Below are positions 11,734-20,040 of a stretch of 32,000 nt of DNA, in pieces. The stretch is from NCBI RefSeq assembly GCF_000186885.1, contig NC_014972.1:3540001-3572000 (forward strand), given 5' to 3'. The stretch comes from Desulfobulbus propionicus DSM 2032 (GTDB lineage Bacteria; Desulfobacterota; Desulfobulbia; Desulfobulbales; Desulfobulbaceae). The notes below the pieces were generated by a model. The model was not told the origin of the DNA, made no database searches, and was given only the letters and a program-made list of their open reading frames with translations. The position numbers and the translations under genes are program-made. The stretch's first letter is position 1. The number at the start of each line of letters is the position of its first letter.

Positions 11734-12117
11734 CTATTTTTCATGCTTTAAAAAAACATCTGTCGTTCTTTTTTTGAATTGATCAGCTATATACTCAGAA
11801 ATTTTCTCCTTTGATTTCAGCTTAGTATACCCTAAGCTGTAGTGACTTATGATTTGTTTAAGTTCATCAACAGTCAATTCATTCAAAAGAGCAATTATTT
11901 CTTCCTTGTTATGGTTTTTCGAGAAAGAAAACAAGTCAGTGTCTTTCATGGCACTTGGCAAACCATGAGGCTTTTCTTTTGCTTGTGGAGGAGCCTCTGC
12001 CTCTACTTCCTTATCCAATATAGACATTAAGATTTCAGGCTTTGATACAATAATTTCACCAAGCGCCTGCAATACTTTTCCAAATATCTTGATGTCGTTC
12101 TTGCTAATATTACTCAT
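11734..12117 (-). CDS. Hypothetical 127 aa protein, partner gene of ParA-like ATPase; C-terminal SAP-like helical region
   Basis: Starts 1 nt after the ParA stop codon (stop at 12119, start at 12117). C-terminus NKEEIIALLNELTVDELKQIISHYSLGYTKLKSKEKISEYIADQFKKR. AT-rich codon usage. Confidence 0.7.
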   Translation of the reverse strand: MSNISKNDIKIFGKVLQALGEIIVSKPEILMSILDKEVEAEAPPQAKEKPHGLPSAMKDTDLFSFSKNHNKEEIIALLNELTVDELKQIISHYSLGYTKLKSKEKISEYIADQFKKRTTDVFLKHEK

Positions 12118-12118
12118 C

Positions 12119-12967
12119 TCATTCTCCTAACCTTTTAAGAAGCTCGTTTGTAATATTTGTGATTAATTGCTGTGTCTGCCGCCAATCACTTTTCCCTTTT
12201 GCAGTTTGGGAAGTTAAAAATGGCCTAGAGTCTATTGGTGCTTCGGCGACAGAAATTCGCTGAGGAAATTCAGAATCGAAAATATATTCGCTTAGTTCTC
12301 CTGCTCTCAACTCAGTCATTGTTGAACTATGTAAATTTGTACGATAATCGATTTTGGTAAAAATTATTCCACCAAGTTCAATCTCGCATGTTTTTTTCTT
12401 TTTTCTGAAATTTTCTATACGGTTAAGGATTAAGCTTATCCCTATTTTTGAAAGTATATCTGGTACAGTAGGAACAATGTAGTAATCACTTATAGTAATA
12501 CCATTAAGAGTGATAGCACCTAAATTTGGAGGACAATCAATTATTATATAATCGTAATTTGATTTGATGTCTGAAATAGCATTACCAACGACATCGACAT
12601 GACTAACATATGCTTTATTATCCATGTCTGGAATTGCGTCTTGTATTTCTACCAAATAAAGGCTTGAAGGCAACAAATCGAGACCTTCAATGCTGCCAAC
12701 ATTTGTTAATAATGCCTTATTAATGTTAAACCTATCCGTCCCATTTAGCATGTCGTCAAACAAGTGATAAAGAGTTTGGCATTTGTTATGCCGATCTTGC
12801 CATTCTTCTTGGTCAATAACCGAAATAGTTGCGTTTGTTTGCGGGTCTAGATCAATCAGCAGAACTCTATATTCCTTAATCTTAGCAAGAGTTGCGGCAA
12901 TATTTACAGCGGTAGTCGTTTTCCCGACACCACCTTTAAGATTAATAAAACTTACTATTTTCGCCAT
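12119..12967 (-). CDS. ParA-family ATPase
   Basis: MAKIVSFINLKGGVGKTTTAVNIAATLA (deviant Walker A), VLLIDLDPQTNAT, YDYIIIDCPPNLGAITLNGI. Confidence 0.93.
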   Translation of the reverse strand: MAKIVSFINLKGGVGKTTTAVNIAATLAKIKEYRVLLIDLDPQTNATISVIDQEEWQDRHNKCQTLYHLFDDMLNGTDRFNINKALLTNVGSIEGLDLLPSSLYLVEIQDAIPDMDNKAYVSHVDVVGNAISDIKSNYDYIIIDCPPNLGAITLNGITISDYYIVPTVPDILSKIGISLILNRIENFRKKKKTCEIELGGIIFTKIDYRTNLHSSTMTELRAGELSEYIFDSEFPQRISVAEAPIDSRPFLTSQTAKGKSDWRQTQQLITNITNELLKRLGE

Positions 12968-13290
12968 AATTGTCTCCTGTGTTTAATTCAAGCATAACAA
13001 GTACGGGTAGGTTGGGGTGAGGAACGAACCCCAACAGAGTCAGCCCACAACACGATATCACTAACAGGACCGCAAGGAACAGCCCTGCCCCAACCGATTA
13101 AACCTCTAATTTTCGGCAAGAGAGCCAACACTACCCAGAATCAACAAGGAGAGCGAGGAGAAACAACACTCAGTCGAAGCAGCAAAAAAACCACCGCAAC
13201 CGTCCGAGCCCGTGAGTCGTGAAGATGCTGGCTCCGCAATTCTCGGCACCAACCATTTTTTCCCTAATATTCGCCAGGTTATTTTCGGTT

Positions 13291-13319
13291 GACACGGTAT
13301 TCCCTGATGGATACGTTGC
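13291..13319 (+). promoter_or_regulatory. Candidate sigma-70 promoter for ABC transporter operon
   Basis: TTGACA (13291-13296), 17 nt spacer, TACGTT (13314-13319), about 260 nt upstream of the transporter start. Confidence 0.3.
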
Positions 13320-13580
13320 CATGCAAGACGGCCGGCAAAGCAGCAAGCCGTTGAAAAAATACTATGATGACCGCCAAAACTCTGCTTGAAGAGGGAGATC
13401 TCTCCCTTGTGGTCGAGATGACACCCAGGTGGCCCGGTATCCCTCGGAACGACCGGCAATGACACAACGAAATTGCGCCGAAGACACTCTCTCCAAGGAT
13501 TGACAACCATCACGCTCCCCTGTGAAGGGAGCCATTACCCAAACTGCAAACGCATTCTGCAAACACAAGAGGACTTGCCC

Positions 13581-14402
13581 ATGAAACGCGCCATCTGCAT
13601 CCATCCCCCCCTTGCAACCATCAGAAAGTGGTTGGGGACGCTCTTGCTTGTTGCCGTATTTGCCGTCTCCAGTTGTGCGGCTGAGCAGCAGGGACCGTTG
13701 AAAGTTGGGATGGAGTTGGCCTACCCCCCGTTTGAGATGACCAACACCACCGGCAAACCAGCCGGGGTCAGTGTTGATCTGGCCAAGGCGCTTGGCATCA
13801 GTCTGGGCAGGGAGATCAAGATAGAGAACATGAGTTTTGACGGCCTCATCCCTGCGCTTAAGACCGGCAAGATCGACATCATCCTTTCCTCGATGACCGC
13901 CACCGCAGAGCGGGCACAGTCCATCGACTTTTCCGAGCCGTATCTGCAAACCGGGCTCTGTTTGCTGGTGCGCAAAGATTCTGCGGTGCAAACCATTGCG
14001 GATCTTGACCAGGACGGCATGACGGTTGCCGTGAAGAAAGGCACCACCGGGCACAACTATGCCAGCAAGGCATTGAAAAAAGCCAAGCTACTGGTCCTTG
14101 ACAAGGAGGCAGCGGCGGTGCTTGAGGTTGTCCAGGGCAAGGCCGATGCCTTTATTTACGATCAGATGTCCACCTACAGCAACTGGAAGCGCAACCCGCA
14201 GACCACCCGCGCCCTCCTCAAACCCTTTCAGCAGGAATCATGGGCCATTGGCATCCGCAAAGATAACACCGCCCTCAAGGAGGAGATCAATCGTTTCCTC
14301 AAGGACTATCGGGCCAAGGGCGGCTTTGACAAGCTCGGCGACACCTGGCTGCTGGAGCAGAAACAGGAATTCAAGCGGCTTGGCTATCCGTTTTTCCTGT
14401 AA
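13581..14402 (+). CDS. Amino-acid-type ABC transporter substrate-binding lipoprotein
   Basis: Lipobox-like LLVAVFAVSSC; LKVGMELAYPPFEM, GFDKL..., DIILSSMTATAERAQSIDFSEPYLQTG, VAVKKGTTG. ATG at 13581 with upstream AAGAGG. Confidence 0.9.
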   Translation: MKRAICIHPPLATIRKWLGTLLLVAVFAVSSCAAEQQGPLKVGMELAYPPFEMTNTTGKPAGVSVDLAKALGISLGREIKIENMSFDGLIPALKTGKIDIILSSMTATAERAQSIDFSEPYLQTGLCLLVRKDSAVQTIADLDQDGMTVAVKKGTTGHNYASKALKKAKLLVLDKEAAAVLEVVQGKADAFIYDQMSTYSNWKRNPQTTRALLKPFQQESWAIGIRKDNTALKEEINRFLKDYRAKGGFDKLGDTWLLEQKQEFKRLGYPFFL

Positions 14403-14417
14403 TCGCCAGGCCAAAGC

Positions 14418-15206
14418 ATGGGCAGATTGACCCTCTGGTGGCGGATGGAGGACAACGAGGCGCCGTCGCTGCTCTCGCGGCTCCTGGCCTTTGCCCTGGT
14501 CCTCCTCCTGCTCTCGGCACTGTTCTTTTTTTCCTTCAGCCAGTTGCAGTATGGGTGGAACTGGACTGCGGTCTGGCAGTATCGGCAGAAATTTCTGCAC
14601 GGCTGGATGACCACCCTACTGATTTCCGTCGCGGCGCTTGGCCTCAGCCTGCTGATTAGTGTCTTTTTCGCCCTCGCCCGCCGCTCCCGCCTGTTGCCGC
14701 TGCGCTATCTGGCCATGCTCTATATCGAAGGAGTGCGCGGCACCCCGCTTCTGGTGCAGATTCTGGTCTTTTTTTACGTGGTGGCGGATGCCTTTGGCAT
14801 CAATAATCGCTATGTTGTCGGCATTCTCACCCTGGCCTTCTTTGCCGGGGCCTATCTGAGCGAGATTATTCGGGCGGGCATCGAGAGTATCGGTGAATCG
14901 CAAATAGAATCCGCACGCGCCATTGGCCTGAGCCCCTTGCAGACCTACCGTTTTGTCATCCTCCCACAGGTGGTGCGGCGGATTTTGCCGCCCCTAGCCG
15001 GTCAATTCGCCTCGCTGGTCAAAGACTCCTCGCTGCTTTCGATCATTGCCGTCAGTGAATTCACCCTCAACGCCCAGGAGGTCAACGCCTTTACCTATAG
15101 CACGCTGGAAAGCTATCTGCCGCTGGCCGTTGGCTATTTGGTGTTGACCCTCCCCATTTCCCTGTTCAGCCGCCACCTGGAACAGAAATTTCGCTATGCA
15201 ACTTAG
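14418..15206 (+). CDS. Polar amino acid ABC transporter permease
   Basis: Multiple TM segments; [74 protein letters not shown] (EAA loop). Confidence 0.93.
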   Translation: MGRLTLWWRMEDNEAPSLLSRLLAFALVLLLLSALFFFSFSQLQYGWNWTAVWQYRQKFLHGWMTTLLISVAALGLSLLISVFFALARRSRLLPLRYLAMLYIEGVRGTPLLVQILVFFYVVADAFGINNRYVVGILTLAFFAGAYLSEIIRAGIESIGESQIESARAIGLSPLQTYRFVILPQVVRRILPPLAGQFASLVKDSSLLSIIAVSEFTLNAQEVNAFTYSTLESYLPLAVGYLVLTLPISLFSRHLEQKFRYAT

Positions 15207-15930
15207 CCTGACGCATCTCAGTAAATCCTATAATGGCCACCGGGTGTTGGACGATATTTCCATTGAACTGCCGGATGTGCATGCCCTGGTCATCATTGGC
15301 CCCTCGGGAGGTGGCAAGACAACCCTGCTGCGCACGATTGCCGGCCTGGAGCGACCTGATTGCGGACAAATATGCATCAACGGCCAACCGCTGCTCTTTG
15401 ATGCGGCAAGCCTACTCCTCCATCGTCGCAGCATCGGCACGGTCTTTCAGGCCTTCAACCTCTTTCCGCACCTGAGTGCGCTTGACAATATCATGCTGCC
15501 GCTTGAGCAGGCGCAGGGATATACGCACGAGCAGGCCCTGGCAACGGCCCAGGCCATGCTGCACCGGTTTCAACTGACAGCCCATGCCGACAAGAAACCG
15601 GCCCAGTTATCCGGCGGCCAGCAACAGCGGGTGGCCATTGCCCGCGCCATCGCCATCAAACCACGGTTTCTGCTCTTCGACGAACCGACCTCGGCCCTTG
15701 ACCCGGAGATAACCTCAGAGGTGCTTGATATTATCAAGGAATTGCAAGAGGAGGGGCGCGATTTGCTGCTGATCACCCATCACATGGGATTTGCCCGCAC
15801 CGCAGCGGACCATTGTCTCTTTGTTGCAGAGGGAAAAATCAGGGAAAGCGGCAGTGTCGAGCGCCTCTTTGACCACCCGCAAAGCGAACAACTGCAGCAG
15901 TTTTTGGGAAGGGTCACCCGCTATAATTAA
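15196..15930 (+). CDS. Polar amino acid ABC transporter ATP-binding protein (GlnQ-like)
   Basis: GPSGGGKTTLLRTI (Walker A), LSGGQQQRVAIARAIAIKPRFLLFDEPTSALDPE. Start overlaps the permease end. Confidence 0.95.
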   Translation: MQLSLTHLSKSYNGHRVLDDISIELPDVHALVIIGPSGGGKTTLLRTIAGLERPDCGQICINGQPLLFDAASLLLHRRSIGTVFQAFNLFPHLSALDNIMLPLEQAQGYTHEQALATAQAMLHRFQLTAHADKKPAQLSGGQQQRVAIARAIAIKPRFLLFDEPTSALDPEITSEVLDIIKELQEEGRDLLLITHHMGFARTAADHCLFVAEGKIRESGSVERLFDHPQSEQLQQFLGRVTRYN

Positions 15931-16032
15931 TACCCGGTGGAAAACCACATCCTTTGACCAAGGCGGTGCCCGCAGAGCTGCAAGGTTGATCATTTTTGGG
16001 TGTGGCGTAACAAGCTACGAGCCCTACCAGGA

Positions 16033-16659
16033 TCAGTGCATAACACCATCGATCACTGCCCGGACCGCAAAGAACATCCCCGCCCCCAACGACAGCACCC
16101 GTCCCAACCGCTTCAGCCTCTGGTTTTCGACAAGATAGCCCCCAAACCCCAGGGGCAGCAGGTAGAGCGAGGTGCCCAGGAAAAAGGCAAGGAAGAACAG
16201 AGCCGCCGCCAACGGGCCAATGCCCTGGCCCCAGACCCAGGTGAGGGCGAGAAGAAACGGCGGGCAGAGGGAAAAGCCGGTCAGCGCGCCCAAGAGCAGC
16301 GGCGAGGCAACGCCACCCATGACCGAGCAGCCGAAGCGGCAGGAGAACCGCCGCAACAGTCCGAGCCCGTGGGCCATGAGCAACAGCGCCAGCAGCAGGC
16401 TCATCCAGGGGGCGAGCAAGCCACTGACCGCTTGCAGGGAATGACCGCTCAGCCCGGCAAGCATGCCAACCAGGGTGTAGGCACTCAGGCGGCCGCAGAG
16501 GAAGCGGCCCAGCAGCGGCCAGGCAAAGCGTCTTGCAACAGGCGATGGCGCAGTGGTGAGCATTACCGGCACCAGGGCCGGGACGCAGGCGACCAGACAG
16601 GCCGGACCGTTAGTCAGACCCAGCAGCAGCCCGGTTCCGGTTATTTCCAGGCCGGTCAT
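16033..16659 (-). CDS. TauE/SafE (CcdA/DsbD-like) family membrane protein
   Basis: Start M at 16657-16659, immediately after the activase stop. Six or so TM segments, GLLLGLTNGPACLVACVPALVPVM and GALTGFSLCPPFLLALTWVWGQG. Confidence 0.7.
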   Translation of the reverse strand: MTGLEITGTGLLLGLTNGPACLVACVPALVPVMLTTAPSPVARRFAWPLLGRFLCGRLSAYTLVGMLAGLSGHSLQAVSGLLAPWMSLLLALLLMAHGLGLLRRFSCRFGCSVMGGVASPLLLGALTGFSLCPPFLLALTWVWGQGIGPLAAALFFLAFFLGTSLYLLPLGFGGYLVENQRLKRLGRVLSLGAGMFFAVRAVIDGVMH

Positions 16660-16663
16660 CGGT

Positions 16664-17449
16664 TCAGGCCTGGGTCCCGGCGATGCGGGCCGCACCGATG
16701 GCACCGTTGAGCTGCGGGTGCAGCGGCAGATGGATATCAATCATCAATTCGTCTTCCAAGGCCTGAACAATACCGGGGTTGAGACCGCCACCACCGGTGA
16801 GCAGCACCCCCGGTTCAAAACGGGCCTTGCGTGCCATTGCACCGATGCGTTTGGCCAGGGCCTCGTGGATGCCGGCGACGATATCCCTGGCCGGCTTTTT
16901 ACGGGCCACCAGCGAGATCACCTCGGATTCGGCAAAAACCACGCAGGTGGAGTTGATGGTTGCCGGGGCAATGGATTGCAGGGACAAAGGGCCGAGATCG
17001 CTGACCTTCAGCTCCAGCACCCGGGCCAGGGATTCGAGAAAACGGCCGGTGCCGGCAGCGCACTTGTCGTTCATGACAAAGTTCTGGGTGTCGCCGTCCT
17101 CGCCTAGGACAATCACCTTACTGTCCTGGCCACCGATATCAATGACGGTGCGGATGTTGGCCTGCGGTGGTGCGGTCAGCAGTGCTCCGGCGGCATGGGC
17201 GCGAACCTCGGTGATGGTATCGTGGGCCACATCGATGATACGGCGGCTGTAACCGGTGGCCATGATCGAGCGGATGGTCTCGGTTGAACCACCGAGATCG
17301 TTCATGATCGTCTCCAGCAAGCGGCGCGAGGTGCCGGCGGCATCAATACCGGTGGGCCGGTGCTGGAAACCGGCCAGTTCCCCCTCTTCGGTGAGGACCG
17401 CCACCTTGACATAGGTGGATCCGGCGTCAATGCCGGCAAAATATTCCAT
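16664..17449 (-). CDS. BadF/BadG/BcrA/HgdC-family CoA-dehydratase activase (ATP-dependent Fe-S reductase)
   Basis: FAGIDAGSTYVKVAVL, IMATGYSRR, TVIDIGGQDSKVI, FVMNDKCAAGTGRFLE, NSTCVVFAESEVISLVA, GVLLTGGGGLNPGI. ATG at 17447-17449 preceded by GGAGAACAGCC. Confidence 0.93.
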   Translation of the reverse strand: MEYFAGIDAGSTYVKVAVLTEEGELAGFQHRPTGIDAAGTSRRLLETIMNDLGGSTETIRSIMATGYSRRIIDVAHDTITEVRAHAAGALLTAPPQANIRTVIDIGGQDSKVIVLGEDGDTQNFVMNDKCAAGTGRFLESLARVLELKVSDLGPLSLQSIAPATINSTCVVFAESEVISLVARKKPARDIVAGIHEALAKRIGAMARKARFEPGVLLTGGGGLNPGIVQALEDELMIDIHLPLHPQLNGAIGAARIAGTQA

Positions 17450-17548
17450 GGCTGTTCTCCTTGGGTTGATGGGGTTTGAATGGGCTGGAGGTTGATTGTT
17501 GGGATCAGGCCTCGAAGCACCTCTTTCATATAAAGCGGGTTTGTTTTT

Positions 17549-17685
17549 TTCTCCCGCAGAGGCGCAGGGGCGCGGAGAAGATAAGGACGTCTGTTTGCTG
17601 CGCCTCAGTGCTCGACTGAACACTTGCAGTACAAACACTCCCTTTTCTCTGTGCCCCCCTCTGCGCCTCAGCGCCTCTGCGGGAG
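17549..17685. repeat. Intergenic element with 27 bp terminal inverted repeats (GCAGAGGCGC-type)
   Basis: CTCCCGCAGAGGCGCAGGGGCGCGGAG at 17549-17575; reverse complement at 17659-17685 is CTCCCGCAGAGGCGCTGAGGCGCAGAG (24/27 identical). Confidence 0.8.
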
Positions 17686-17784
17686 TCCCTTGCACAGTCA
17701 ACCACTGGGGTGTCTTCTCGAATAACGGGGGCTCTTGCTGCAATGCACCAAAGGAGGAGATCCTCTCTGCCTTCGGGATGGCAC

Positions 17785-19074
17785 CTATCGCCGTTTGCGC
17801 TGTACCAGCATCTCCACAAAGGCCTCGATGCGGGTGCGTAACTGTTCCACATCCTCGGGACTGTAGTCGGTTTCGATACGCACCATTGCCACCCCCGACT
17901 CCTTGCACACCGCCTCCACCCGTCCCACCTCGAAATCATAGACCACGCAGCCCTTGAGCACGTGGTAGACCACTCCATCGACCCGGTGGGAGGCAATCAT
18001 CCGCCGCAGGGTGACCAGCCGATCCTCGTTGGGGGCAAAACTCGGACAGATGCAGGGCATGAGCGTGCGTGCGGCCAGGGCGATAAGCTGCGCGCGCAGA
18101 TTGCGTTCCGGATGGCCCACCGGGTCGTAGAGCGCCCGTTCGCCGACGCAGGATTCGTCGGCCACCAGGATGGCCCCCAACTCCTCGATAAGGGTGGGCA
18201 GCTTGAGGTTGGGAAAGATGACCGGACTACCGGCAATGAAAATGCGCGGGGCACGGGCCGGGCACACCGCAATCTGCCGCTGCTCCAACTCGTCGTTGAG
18301 CGTGCGCATGGCCCTGGTCCAGGCTTCCACCTCCATGAAGGAGAAGGCATTGGCCGCCACCATCGCCTGCCGCCCCCAGAGCGGGCTGGTCTCCGCGCTA
18401 CGCAGGGCCTGCAAGCGCCGCATCTGGCTCTGGGCCGCTGCCTGCACCTGGATGGCCTGATCCAGGGTCTGAGCAGTGATGCGCACCCGCCTCCCCTGCT
18501 CCCGGCTCATATGCTGCTCCAATCGCTCCTTGAGGGCCATGACTTGCAGCAGCCAGGCCTGCTGGGAGATTTCCGAGTCCTTGAGATGGGGCACCTCCAG
18601 CATCCACACCTCGCGGAAGCGCGACAGCTCCTCGGCAAACTTGCGTTTGGCATCGCAGGTGGTGGGCACGATCACCACATCGCAGAGATCGTAGACGGCC
18701 AGACCTGGCTGGGCGGTCAAACCGAGTGAAGACTTGGCCAGGGGGCAGCCGTCACGGGGCACATGCTCCTCACCCGCCGCGCAGGAGGACGAGCAACCGC
18801 CGCAGAGCCGCAGGGGGATGGCACCAACGGCGTAGATCAGCTCCTCCGGCACCAAAATACAGTAAATGCCGATCACCGACCGGGTTGCACCGTCACGCAA
18901 GAGCAACGATCTGGGATCGTTGGCAACAAAGACCTGTTCCAGGGCCTCGATAAAGGGGGCAAGCGCGGCGGGGCCATCGGTCAGATCGCGGAGCATGGCC
19001 AACTGCCGGCCGGCCTCGCGGCTGATCTGCCGCAGCCAGCGGCCCGCTGCCTGGGGTTGGAGCGGTTTATTCAT
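17785..19074 (-). CDS. 2-hydroxyacyl-CoA dehydratase D-component / HgdB-BcrC family, double-cubane-cluster-protein-like
   Basis: GIYCILVPEELIYAVGAIPLRLCGGCSSSCAAGEEHVPRDGCPLAKSSLG, VVPTTCDAKRK, VADESCVGER, VVYHVLKGCVVYDFE. ATG at 19072-19074. Partner activase follows downstream. Confidence 0.88.
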   Translation of the reverse strand: MNKPLQPQAAGRWLRQISREAGRQLAMLRDLTDGPAALAPFIEALEQVFVANDPRSLLLRDGATRSVIGIYCILVPEELIYAVGAIPLRLCGGCSSSCAAGEEHVPRDGCPLAKSSLGLTAQPGLAVYDLCDVVIVPTTCDAKRKFAEELSRFREVWMLEVPHLKDSEISQQAWLLQVMALKERLEQHMSREQGRRVRITAQTLDQAIQVQAAAQSQMRRLQALRSAETSPLWGRQAMVAANAFSFMEVEAWTRAMRTLNDELEQRQIAVCPARAPRIFIAGSPVIFPNLKLPTLIEELGAILVADESCVGERALYDPVGHPERNLRAQLIALAARTLMPCICPSFAPNEDRLVTLRRMIASHRVDGVVYHVLKGCVVYDFEVGRVEAVCKESGVAMVRIETDYSPEDVEQLRTRIEAFVEMLVQRKRR

Positions 19075-20038
19075 GGCAAGACTCCGTAGCCGACGGGCGA
19101 TTGTGCTGCATCGCCAGGGCCGGGTGGCTGAAAAATCCCCGCGAGGAGGATCTGTAGATGGCAAGCCCCATAAAATCGGCACGCAGGGCGCGGTCTTCCG
19201 GGCAGTGCTCAATGCACTTCAGGCAGAGGATGCAATCGCCAAAGGTCACGTCGACCCGCCCCCGCGAGCTGAACACCTCGGTGATCTCCATGGGGCAGAC
19301 ATCGGCGCAGATGCGGCAGTGGGTGCAGGTGGCATCCTCCTTCTTCAATTTCAACAGACTCCAGCGCCGGTACCAGGACATCAGCAAGCCCAGCGGGCAA
19401 TACGGGCACCAGAAGCGGCGTTTGACCAAGGCGCCGATGATGGCCATCAGCGAAAAGAGCAGGCCCAGCGAGGACATCACCAGCCGGGTGGTGCTTTCAA
19501 AGTCGACCAGGATGCGATCCGGCGAAAAGGTGATCAGCGGCAGGATGTACTTGCCGGGGCACAACTGGCAAAAAGGGATGAACAGATCCAAGGCCACCGA
19601 GGGAAAGAACACCGGAAAGGCCACCCACAGCGGAATGAGCACGGCAATGGCCAGGAAGATCCACTTGGCCCAGCCAAGCCGCTGCCGCAATCGTTGATCA
19701 AAACGGGCAAAGCCCATGCCGAGCGCGCGCCGCAGCCGGTCCATCAGGTCCTGGAAAAACCCAAGCGGACAGATCCAGCCGCACCAGGCCCGGCCGATCA
19801 ACAGCACCAGCAGGCTGAACCAGAAGAAGCGTTCGAGAAAGAGCTGCATCTCCGCCCAGGTAAACGAGCCGAGGCTGGTTTGCAACGGCAGAAAAAAGCA
19901 GGTGCCGGCCCGGGTAGGCACAAAACAGCAGGAAAAGGTGGGCAGAAAACTGCCCAGATGCAACCCGGCACAGGCGCCAAAGAGCAAGATTGCAAAGGAA
20001 GTGGCCAAGATTAGCCAGCGGAGGTGAGCGATACGCAC
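19067..20038 (-). CDS. NapH/MauN-type membrane polyferredoxin
   Basis: TM segments with CGWICPLGFFQDL, CQLCPG, WCPYCPLGLLMSW and a 2x[4Fe-4S] domain CTHCRICADVCPMEI...CILCLKCIEHCPEDRAL. GTG start at 20036-20038 preceded by AAGGAGG. Overlaps the next gene. Confidence 0.88.
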   Translation of the reverse strand: MRIAHLRWLILATSFAILLFGACAGLHLGSFLPTFSCCFVPTRAGTCFFLPLQTSLGSFTWAEMQLFLERFFWFSLLVLLIGRAWCGWICPLGFFQDLMDRLRRALGMGFARFDQRLRQRLGWAKWIFLAIAVLIPLWVAFPVFFPSVALDLFIPFCQLCPGKYILPLITFSPDRILVDFESTTRLVMSSLGLLFSLMAIIGALVKRRFWCPYCPLGLLMSWYRRWSLLKLKKEDATCTHCRICADVCPMEITEVFSSRGRVDVTFGDCILCLKCIEHCPEDRALRADFMGLAIYRSSSRGFFSHPALAMQHNRPSATESCHE

Positions 20039-20040
20039 GG

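Noticed and set aside
12119-12967. Standard plasmid parAB partition locus
   Set aside because: No ParB homologue or obvious parS repeats are seen. The adjacent 127 aa protein does not read like ParB.
13106-13513. 135 aa minus-strand ORF (also overlapping 13362..14054 -)
   Set aside because: Low-complexity/arginine- and serine-rich translation without motifs, partly antisense to the transporter operon. No good start signal.
17496-17957. ORFs 17496..17957 + and 17526..17996 - across the inverted repeat
   Set aside because: They read through the GCAGAGGCGC-type repeat and into the end of the HgdB-like gene in the wrong frame. They are spurious.
17785-19074. Genuine 2-hydroxyglutaryl-CoA or benzoyl-CoA degradation operon
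   Set aside because: Only one dehydratase-type subunit is present and no CoA-transferase, CoA-ligase or HgdA-like partner lies nearby; the context is CobN/polyferredoxin.
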